From the NCBI GenBank assembly GCA_965285935.1, contig OZ260662.1, positions 34,658,001 through 34,722,000 on the forward strand: DNA of 64,000 nucleotides, written 5' to 3'. The stretch's first letter is position 1. Each line of letters starts with the position of its first letter. Positions 1-10,500 of the stretch are shown piece after piece. The notes beneath the pieces were generated by a model. The model was given only the letters and a program-made list of their open reading frames with translations. It searched no databases and was not told the DNA's origin. The translations under genes were made by a program, and so were the position numbers. The DNA is from Ophelia neglecta (Eukaryota).

Positions 1-600
1 ACAGAATCTTTGACACATCTACACAGTATAGGAGGTACTGTAACTTGTCCCATAACCCATGGCAAATGTTGCCGTCCATGAAAACCGCTTAAAAAAACCT
101 GCTAATCTCCTTCACCTGTAGAAGTGTTTCTTATATAAACCTAAAATAGGTACAGCAAGCTTTAATAATTTGATACCGATGTGACATTATAACCAGGTGT
201 AGACAAACTGAACACACAGCAGATTATTTTTAAGGCACAAGGTATCACGCTATACAGAAAAGTAGGAGTGGTTCGAGGCTAGTACTACGTCATCGAAAAT
301 TGCCAAAGCTCAGATTTCTGACTGCTGTAGAAGGTCTTCGGGGGCAAGCCCCGAATTCCAAAAACACAGTGCAAGTAGGACAAGTCCAGCTTTATGAGAC
401 ACTTTCCTATATATTTTAAAGGTTACCTTACAAAAAAGGTTTTTACCATTAATAGTTTGTTACATCCTGTATAGGGTGCATTAGATAAATGTGACACTTA
501 ATTTAGTGTAATTAAATTCACATACTTTGCATACTGTATTATAATATTATATTTATTTAATTATTAAAGTAAAGATGGGATAGCATCTAGTGTAACTTGC

Positions 601-689
601 CTCATCTTCATCTACAGGGTCATCAGCGTCTAAGTTAGCAGCTGGGATCTGGTCAAGTCTGGGCCTCTTACTACTGCTGCTAGATGATT
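601..689 (-). CDS. CWC15: CWC15 coding exon 3 ([30 protein letters not shown]); gene continues left of the window
   Basis: Translation matches the conserved CWC15 motif [18 protein letters not shown]. Acceptor ttattag| at 691-690, phase 1, matching the previous exon. Best donor is GAG|GCAAGT (GC-AG). Confidence 0.92.
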
Positions 690-1148
690 CTAATAACATC
701 ATAAAATAAACATTAATCCGCAAGGGATAAGAAACTAGCTGATGGAAGACCCGACACTGGCAAATTAAGTAGTATGAGAGTTGGCTCAAGTTTCATTTCA
801 TAAATGATGACCTCTTCACAAAGTAGTTCCTTACTTACATTACTACTTACACCTCTCCTAAAATGCAGGCATTTTACCTACATTGCACAACTATTATCAT
901 TGCATATCTTCTGATACAAATGATGAAAGTACATAAAAGCATAAAAAAAATTACTAGTGTATTCCCTAGAATCTAAATTTCACCAAAGACATGAAGACAG
1001 GTGATACTAATAAAAATCTATCATATTCGGTAGACATTTTGTTTACTTATGACATGAGCAGGGATGTTACTATTGATACAATAAAATAATGTCAGGCATT
1101 TAATTCTATGTAGATACTACTTGTTATTACAGGTAAACAATTAACTAC

Positions 1149-1255
1149 CTCTGACACGGTCACCCCTCTTCTCTCTCACTGCTCTCTCCCTGTCTTCTAA
1201 GTCTTTGCGGAAGTCACGGCTACGGATCTCGCTGCTAGTGCCTTGGCCTTCTTGT
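1149..1255 (-). CDS. CWC15: CWC15 coding exon 2 ((R)QEGQGTSSEIRSRDFRKDLEDRERAVREKRGDRVR)
   Basis: Acceptor ttttcaatttcag|, donor GAG|gtagtt. 107 nt, phase 2 to phase 1, joins exons 1 and 3 in frame. Resembles human CWC15 RQTTQDAPEEVRNRDFRRELEERERAA. Confidence 0.93.
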
Positions 1256-3407
1256 CTGAAATTGAAAAACAGAATGGTGAAAAAAAGGGGTTTAATTGCA
1301 TTTTAAAATATATAATTCATTTGAAAAAAGGTCAATGGCAAGTATGTCGAGTATAATTTACCCATTATACAATTTCAACTTAAGAATCAAAGTAACTTGA
1401 GGCTATAAAGGAAGATATATAGCTAGCCCCAGGCAACAGTCAGCTGTAATTAATACCCAAGCTCTTAGAAGACAATTAATCCAAGTTGAAAATAATACAA
1501 ACCAATACCTCCATTCCAATGCTTTACGCAACAATTAAAACAGCATTGGACACAAAGGGACAAAAGTGCCAACCTTTAGAAAGAAAACAGTGCTTTACGT
1601 GGATTGTCACTCTTTAAAGAGGCCAGGTTACTAATAAGCTGCCACTGACGACTCTACTGGGCCAGTTAGTACAAAACAAAGATTATTCCATTGATACAAG
1701 ACAGTGGTACCTAACACAGTCTAAGATTTTTCACTATTCAGTAGCTCATTACTTCATTGGTGTTTGAAATAACTTTCTTCAAACCAAACAATAGACTCCT
1801 CATTGTATAATCTACAGTATATCATATAAAGTCAATAAATAGTGGTGCTTGTAAGTAAAAGGTCTCATTTGTTGGTTCATGATTTTTTCGGTTGTTGAAA
1901 TAAACACAAAGCACTAAGATCTGTTACCTCCAACGAGATAACTTCAACACCACAAATATGAGCTTGGTTTAGGTCACTTCTCATTCAAAATGCAAGGCCT
2001 GTTATTAGTCTCTGACTGCCATACCACTTGGTAGATTGACTGTAGTTCTTATCTTGAAGTGCACACTGGAACATGGTATACCATAGCACAGGTGATTTAC
2101 ATTTGGGTTTTAAGCTGGTAATGGAACCCACTTTAATTCAGGGCATATACCAGTTGTAATTCTTGGTAATTCTCACAAGCCCAATAAATCAGTCATATTT
2201 GTTCACTAATCCTGATGGAAAATCTTGAAATCATTGCTTCAGTTTCCAATGAGGTTGGGTTCATATGCACGCATCATTGCTCGAGAGTAGTACCGGGTAC
2301 CTTGAATAAAGACTGTCCAGCAACATGTACTGGGCAGTTGGATAACATGTACCCCACCATGTTGAAATGATTCAGGACATAAATGTCTCTTTGCTGGTAA
2401 TTTGCGAGGCAGCCAATGATAATGCTTAATTCTTTTTGAGTGAGTCCTGAAGACTCCTTGCAATTAACAATTTCTAAAGTTTTCATTAGACGGGGCCCTC
2501 AGCAAAAAATATTTTTCTCAGTGCCTCTCTAGGAAGGCCTCAACAAAAACAATCCTAGTCTCCGAGGGTGTGGCTATGAAATTGCATGAAGAAAGTAGTA
2601 ATGCAAGCACAGATTTCAAACATACATGGTGGTAAAGAGGCCGCAGATAAGACACACTGACATCGTTATGATATACAAATTTTGTAATCAATGTTCAAAC
2701 TGTGTAGCCTACACTACTGGCTCGCATTGCCTGGGTGCCATTTATTTGCCTGAGGAATTTACGTTTTCATTATCGGATAGCAGATAAGGGTCTATGAGCA
2801 GGGTTTTTTCCGAAGACAACTGTTCAATATCTTTGATATCTTTGGACTGAGCAAAATCAAGTTGGTATGGCAAAACTACCAGCATTGGTGGTCGAAATGC
2901 CCAGTAATATTTTATTTCTTTCAGAAAGACTGAAACCAATTCACTTTTAAGGGAAGCTGCGCTTATATGCCCATAAAGACACATCTGGTGTATATTGGTT
3001 TTATAAAAAAAAAAACCAGACTTGTCATTTTTGTCCTATGTATAACTTATCAATGAATCAAGACAAATTTACTGCCTGTAATACAATTTATGATGCTTAA
3101 AGGCAGTTTTGGTGTCCAGCATCAATTATATCAGGATTCCAGTTAGGCAGACACAGGTTTAAATTATGTAGATGCAACTGATGACTAAACACTCACACGA
3201 GAAGGTCACTATTATGTCGGTGCTTTTTTCGCCTACACGTGTACTTACCATTCAAATATAAACACACCCTGCACCATTATTCAAACATAAATGCATGCTC
3301 TTAAATGTCAAACACATGTAATATTTTTGCTGGACAAAAAGGCAAAATCTCTCATATATGGGCTCGTCACTATTTTAAGTGGAACAACACAGTAACTAGT
3401 GACTTGC

Positions 3408-3715
3408 CGGTGTATTAAAAGGGGCAACCGCGGCGAACCACGGCAAACCCACTTGATATTAACCCAAACCGAGCTGAAAAAGCAAGGTTTTGGGGCTAAA
3501 TGCATCAGGATTGGTGCTACAGTTGTTTTTGAATAACTCGTTAGCTCGTTTATTTTGCTACTAAATGGCCGGATTGCTCAGCAAATTATTCGATAACAAC
3601 TTTAGCTACAATCCTGAAGAATTTCGCCCTAATACCTTGCTGTTTCAGCTCGGTTCTGGTTAATATCCAATGTGTTTGGCGTGGTTTGGCGTGGTTGCCC
3701 CTTTTAAATACACCC
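3408..3715. mobile_element. Foldback MITE, Mutator-like (308 bp, ~135-bp imperfect TIRs, 10-bp TSD AGTGACTTGC)
   Basis: Left arm cggtgtattaaaaggggcaacc... is the reverse complement of right arm ...ggttgccccttttaaatacaccc. Direct repeat AGTGACTTGC at 3398-3407 and 3716-3725. Long TIRs with a 9-11 bp TSD are characteristic of MULEs. Confidence 0.85.
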
Positions 3716-3757
3716 AGTGACTTGCTGGTGTTATTTCAGTCTTTCATAATTACATAC

Positions 3758-3888
3758 CTGTACTTCAATTTGGTATGGGATGGTAAATCCCTGCTAGAAT
3801 ACTGTTTTGAGAGCGCACTGAGATCATTTTCTCCTTTTCCAGTTCCTCCCCGCGCCGGCTCGAACGTGGGTCGTGCGGCTGTTGTCAT
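3758..3888 (-). CDS. CWC15: CWC15 coding exon 1 ([44 protein letters not shown])
   Basis: ATG at 3888-3886. Near-identical to the CWC15 N-terminus [15 protein letters not shown]...[16 protein letters not shown]. Donor CAG|gtatgt at 3757. Confidence 0.96.
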
Positions 3889-3966
3889 CTCAGCAAATAT
3901 ATAATGTTATCAAAAGATGCAGGGTCGGGTGATGAACCTGGATAAACTACTCAATTCGTTTGTTAT

Positions 3967-4118
3967 CTGTAATCAAATATTAATAAATTTAGCCAGATAA
4001 TTATAAAATATATATCAGTGTATAATGTTTGCTAGTTTTACTTGCATTTAGGTAAATAAGGATATGATTAAAAGCTTGAAGTTGGAATGAAACTGAAAAC
4101 TTCTCATATTTTGCTTAC
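3967..4118 (-). other. CWC15: Probable 5'-UTR intron of CWC15
   Basis: On the - strand: donor GG|gtaagc at 4118 and acceptor gctaaatttattaatatttgattacag| at 3967 (alternative acceptor ttatccag| at 3938). This implies a short non-coding first exon ending at 4119. Confidence 0.55.
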
Positions 4119-4460
4119 CCACACGATACCGGAAGTTGCACTATAACCCTGAAACCAAAGTGGGAAAACGCAAAATGAAAACAACCGGCATATGCATACG
4201 ATCAGTCGAAAAGTTAAGATTGTATTTCATTTTCTTACTAAAGAATAATTTATTGTGCTTGGATATCAGAAACAACTGCCTTTGGCAAAATAAGTAAATC
4301 AGATGACTATATATTCATTTTGATGTTTGGGTTCGAGACTATAGCCAAATACACAACACAGGCCTAAAGCACTTCACAGTTACAGGCTGAGAGAAGACTA
4401 CTCACTTGGGAGGCAGTCTACGAAAGGCTGCTCTCAAAACTCTGCGATTTGACCGCCAAA
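4119..4460. promoter_or_regulatory. Bidirectional promoter region shared by CWC15 and RYK, with ETS motif CCGGAAGT at 4129-4136
   Basis: The divergent start codons are only 572 nt apart. CpGs are locally retained. The ETS/GABP core is typical of bidirectional promoters. TSSs are not directly visible. Confidence 0.7.
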
Positions 4461-4572
4461 ATGGCTAGGCTTCACATGATAGCCTGTATTTTCTTCTTTT
4501 TGGGATATTTATGCACAAGTTGGGGACACTTGGATCTGTTTATGAATGAAACTGAGACTAGGAGACTTTTAG
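4461..4572 (+). CDS. RYK: RYK exon 1: signal peptide and start of WIF domain (MARLHMIACIFFFLGYLCTSWGHLDLFMNETETRRLL-G)
   Basis: Good start context ccgccaaaATGG, hydrophobic leader, donor TAG|gtaagt. Splices in frame (phase 1) to 54403, giving RRLLGIPGELYYVRNG (cf. human RYK RRLIGLDAELYYVRND). Confidence 0.92.
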
Positions 4573-7500
4573 GTAAGTTGGGTTTCACAGTTATGAGTTT
4601 GGTTGAATCTGACAAGTGCAAGCTGCATAAGCCAAGTGCAGCATTCTCCATGGTACATTTGAAGGCTATTGCATGTGGGCGCCAACCAGACCAAGCTCAT
4701 TCCACCATACTTCTGACATCCTTGCAAACAACCTTATCATGATTATGAATTAAATGCTCACAATGCATGCTTTTAATTTGGTTGACATTTTTCTAATAGT
4801 TAGAACTTTTTAGCACTTGATTAGGCCTGATAGGTGAGACTATTTGACTGCTGTTACAAGTGAGTTGAACTCAGGGGGACCTGCTCAGTGAGTTGGGATG
4901 GAGGTGTGATGGGGTTGGTAGCACTGGATGGAAGGGGCCAAAATCCCTAATCATGTTTTCAAAATCATTATGAAAAAAATGTAAAAAAAACAAACTGAAA
5001 TCAATTATTTATGGTAGCATACAATATGGTAATTTTGAAATTAACTTATTCACAGTTACATTAAAAAAATAATAACTTGTTACTAAAAATTTGAATTCCT
5101 GTAGATGGTTATTAAAAACTTACAATAATAGTGTATAAAGATATAGATAGCAAATGAAGTGGCATGTAATTCAGCAGTTTTTGCCTGTTATTCTGCTAAG
5201 ACTTCTTACATGGTTATCTGTATGAACACCAAAAAATAAAAGTCTTTAGAGCATTTTGTAATGAACATTTGAGTAGGTTTTTACAAGCAACCCCCCCTCA
5301 TCAACTAATTGTTCCAATGAATTTGATTATCTAAGCATCTGAAGCCCATCTAGTAGTTTGCATTTGCGCCATCCCAGTATCTTTTGTCGCATCCATAATG
5401 AAAAGGGCCCAAAATAATTAGTCTCTGTGTGCACTGGGACACCACTTTCATGAAATTACACTTTTACACCCCATTTTACAAACAGCCAGTGCAAAAGATG
5501 CATCATATTACTTGTATATTCTAATAATCTGAGCAATTCAGCAAATTACCTAGAGCGCTATGTTGTATTAAATCAGAGCACATTCCAGACACCTGTCAAA
5601 CTTTTGAATAAAGGAATTGACTGTCAAATCACCAATTCGGGGGATGTACTCTCTATAGTCGTCTGTATACATTGAACTCTTTGTATTTTAATCCATATTT
5701 AAACATTGGTCCCATCGAGGAAAGTGGTTCGACAGAGAGCTATTTGTCCAGTTTTGTTTGGACCATCCAGACTTCATGATGGTGCATTTCTGACCTCCCA
5801 TGTAGAGACTAACATGTAGCATCATGTCATTTATGTTGATATGCAAAAGGTAGTCAAATATTAACATTCAGATAGGTCTGTAAATCTTTCTCGTGTGAAA
5901 GTAGGGCTCATTCTGCACTGTTCATTATTTCATTCAGTGTAGAAGCTCTGAAAACTTTTAAGCAAAACTCTTGTATAGCCTTTTTCAAAAAGTTGAAACA
6001 TTTGCATACAGTGTACATGTCCATGTACTGCTGCAGTACAAAGATTCACTTTGTTTGATTAAAGCTGGCTAGTCAGTTGTTGCCGAGAGCTTTGGCTTTT
6101 CTGTGTCTTGTCAGGACATGAGGTTCTAGACCTCCGGTTCTAGAATACATGTACATGTTAAATAGATTATACAACATGCTATTTGGACTATACATGTATA
6201 TGTAAAGGTAAGTCCAGTACATTTCCACCTGATGGTAAGCCCAGTTTATTAGATTCCCAGAATTTATGATTGATTTGGCGACACGCTTGTTCTGATATGT
6301 GTCTGTCAATGACAAAATAATCACATGCGCAAACTAAATGATGGCTTCATATGTCAACCTTATACATGTATGTGTGTGGACAAATATTTGCGCATAATAA
6401 CCCCAACCTATTAGTGGTCAGTATTCTCATGCATTTGATAACCGTCTCACCTTTCAGCCATGGATTAATGTGAGACATGTCAGGGGAGATTGTGAAATAT
6501 GAGATTAGAGACCATTTAATATACCTAGGCGCAGAATCAAATATTGACAGAGGAATTTATCACCTTACCCATATATTGGCACTAGTTCTATTTTTTTTCC
6601 TGCATTTTGCCACGCCGCATATCTCAGTCATGTCTGATTTACATGTATGGGTAAAAGCCAACATAAAGTTCCTCTCACCAGTTTTTTTTTTTTACCTGGA
6701 TAATCATAAAGCTTATGTGAAAATGGTACATGTATTTGACAATGTGTGTTGGAACTTGGATTTGAAAGAACTTTTCTCTGCACTTTTGTTAATGTTATTG
6801 CATAGCTAAAAGGTTTCATGCCTCTTAAATTGTTGAGCCCAGTGTAAATCTAGATAAGTCATGCATACTTGAACAACATGTAAAAATATAGGATATTTAC
6901 ATTTCATGCTCATAATTTGCTCTAGCTATGTTCACTCTTGTCCTTGGTGTAGTTTAAATAAAGGGTTATAAATTTGGTGAATGTTTGAACACTTGCTGGG
7001 TTATTGAAGACGTTTGCTGAGATGGAAACACGATTTAAGTATATGTAAACATAAGACTCATTTACAAATATATACTTGTCTGCAGTGCTTTTCATTTACA
7101 ACAAAACTCCCACATTAACAAATAGGTTTTTGTTGCTCCATTTTTACGTGTACCAAGCATTACCAGGGAATGTCAGATTTTAATGATCAGTTGCACATAA
7201 CTTGTGAGCATGTTAAACATTTATTTGATTCTATTAGTAAGTCAGTACACATACTATAACATATTTATGGTCTTTACTGACAGATTATCTGCAGATCTAC
7301 ATCCTTAGTAATATATATTCTTTAATAGAATAGTATAAATGGTGAAATGGGAGCTACTCTTGTGTTGTACTTCATGAATACAATAGCAGGTGGATGATGC
7401 TGTAAACTAAAGACCCAGTGCCGACTCAATAAAAGTTATGGTAATTGGCCATTTAAACAAATGATTAGTTAATGGATGAAGTATACTAAAGACACAGTTA

Positions 7501-10500
7501 AATGTGAGGTTGCTGTCCTCAAGGGTGTCTGACATTGTGTCTAGGTTAGTCTTGGTGGGGTTTCTTTAAACAACAAAACTGCTAAGTTCTGAGTTGTATA
7601 CAAGTATTGGGAGCACACCAAGCCCCAGGCATGGCTAGTGGCCGCTGCAGTCAGCATTATCAGTGAATGTCAGAGAATTGTAAAATAATGAATTTCTTAT
7701 CTTGCCAGATATACATGTATGTCAGGAAAAAAACAATGGCACAGTCTGATTGTTCCTCCTCCTTGGTATTCATCATGTGTGCACTATGAACGATGAGGGT
7801 ACCATTCTCAGTATTAAGCAGCTGCCCTCTGATGAAATCCGAATACAAATAAGCCAGTATGCTAATGATATTCTGGCTGTAGCTATTATATGGGGGTCAC
7901 AATAAACAGAAAACAAAAATGAGACCAATCACTTGACACTAGATAGAACAAGGAGTCTCCAGTAGATTGGGAGAGACACAAAAAAATGATTGTCGTATGA
8001 TACTGATCAAGACTAAGTAGTTCATCCTTAGAATATAAACAATATGTGTTAATGGTTCCATTTAATGGATGTTCTCTACTTTACATATAAAGTGTTATAA
8101 TGAGCAATGTAGTATAATGGTAAATCTGATAAATAACAGGAACTACCGGTATATTGAAATTTTGACTGACAGTTGACCTTTTTGTCAGCTCTCAGCAATA
8201 CAGGTACCTGCAATACTTTTGACGTGCGCACACGAGTAATATCGGTATCTACAATGAGTTGTTAAAATCAACTTCATTCCTTTTATTTGACATGCTAACC
8301 ACTTGTTTCAAGCATATCGCCCTTGAATAATTTGATTTTGAATGACAATCTTACAGTTTTGGGTTTGATTGTTTTTGTTATTAATGGCTTGATTTTCATG
8401 TACTTAGGTTTTCTTTAACGACATTGGCCCAAAACCTAATTCTGATGCTTGTAGTTATATTATATTGTAGTTATTAAATAAAGGTTTATCAATTTCTTCT
8501 CCCACCTCATCTTGCCCCATGGCCAAAATTGTCCTTTATGACTTTAGTTGTGCATGTGCCTACCTTTAGCTTTTACATTAAAATATTTGGAAAAACTATA
8601 TTTTTTCCCAACCTCTGTTTCTAAATCATAAATACTTCTGACAGACCCAATTCTTTTAAAAGCTGACCAATTCTGGGAACCAAGAAATTATGAATTGACC
8701 ACTGTAACACCTGAGTGTCCTCTCTTGTTACATACTAAGTCATTGAGCTTAATAAAAAGAGAAAAGCATCCTGCTTACTACTGCGGCTGGTGACATAGTA
8801 TCACATAGTTGATTCATTTGTCTCAGTTCACTCATTCTTTTCACCACAAAAATTATATCAAGTCAAGTGACTGTATCCCATTGCCTGAATATTTGAAAAT
8901 GAACGTCAACCAGTTTTCTGGATTGCCTATTTGTTCTCTTGATAAGGCGATTTATTCTATTCTGCACATGGGGTTTTCTTCTGCTGTGAGTCCCAGCTTC
9001 TAATATAGACTCCCACAGGGACTTTAAAACCTTCAAATCTAATTTGTGAGTTGTCTTTGCAGTAATAAGATAAAACTATAGGATTTACTCAAACACTGCT
9101 TGGTGCCTGGGTTGAGTTTTATCATTGTCCCACCAGTCACACATTTATGTGTCTCAAAAACCGTTCAGCCAATTGTGCATCTATTTAACTATGGGTTTCT
9201 TTGCATGTGTTTTTTGGTGTGTAGTAGGAATTGAATTGTTGATGGATCGGGAATTGTAATAGGTGAATACACATTTCTGTTCTATCTACCTGGTGGTCGT
9301 TTATCTTACCATTGGAAGTACAATTTATCAGTTACATGTTTTCAACTGTCAAGCATCCTTTAAAAGACAGGAACCCATAAAAACATAACCAGCTAACAAT
9401 AAGTATGTAACACTGTACATTAGCTGCAGAACATTGACGTTTATCAAGTGATGTCATTTAATTTTAATATGTATGTATTTTTTCTTCCCTACCACTTCTT
9501 AAAATGTGATCTATGATTCAAATTACTTTGGTACAGCCGTAAAGACTGTACAATGAATCAAGCCAACAACCTATATTTTGCATGCAAAGTGTCCTTCAAA
9601 TGTTTCGCTGCCTTCTACAGCACGATTGATCAATCTGCATTTCTCAAGCGAACCCGATACAAGTTCATATTTTAATCAGCCTGTTTCCAGCAGGTGTAAT
9701 AGGCTGATTTTCCGACTACCCATGAAGCATGCACGGAGCACAGGGCACTTTCAGGTCCAGAAACTTTCAATGGCAGCTAACTTCGGTTTCTAAATGGTGC
9801 TTTTCTGCTCTTTTCAATTTGTCACGGCAGGTGGACTGACAGGCACAATGGCAACAAACATGGTTAAACACCTTGATAGAGTTTGCTTGCTTTATACCTG
9901 AAGCATATTTAGCTAATAAGTACTAGTTAAAGCAGGGCATTAGGGACACTAGAATTAGGCTATATGTGTTTATAGTTAGGGTTAAGTAGGGGCTATCCTC
10001 TGGAGTTAGTAAGAATCAAGCAGAGGTATTCAGCCACAAAGATTTGTGTTGTAATGTTCAATGTTTGGCTACTAAATCACAGTACATGTAATCTAAGGCT
10101 GTCCTCAATTAAACTGTCATCAGCATTATTGATTTTACAGTAGTGATAAACTGCCCATGTCTCTAGATATTAAACACAGTTATCAAATGTATTTTAATGT
10201 GTCATTTCCAAAAAACAATGTGGGATTTTCATTTGTTGTAGTACACATTGTTTTACTAAATAATATTTAAGGTCCCAGTTTTATTGTAACACTTCCTTGT
10301 GAAATGTTTCATGTAAGTGACACAATTTTATTCCCCAAATTTGTATGAATGCTTCATTTTGACAGATTTTGTCAATAATATTGATAATATTTCAATGCCT
10401 TTCCTGAATGCAGAATTAATGGATTTTTTTGTCAGCTTTAATGGGTGAATTGTTGTTCACAATAGAGTTTTATTGACTACCACTTTTTTCTGGAATATAG

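Noticed and set aside
337-355. GC-rich hairpin TTCGGGG-gcaag-CCCCGAA
   Set aside because: Resembles a bacterial terminator or Helitron 3' hairpin, but the DNA is eukaryotic and no CTRR end or element boundary is evident.
4573-4742. C-terminal part of ORF 4449..4742
   Set aside because: Intron read-through past the exon-1 donor. The true start is ATG 4461, not TTG 4449.
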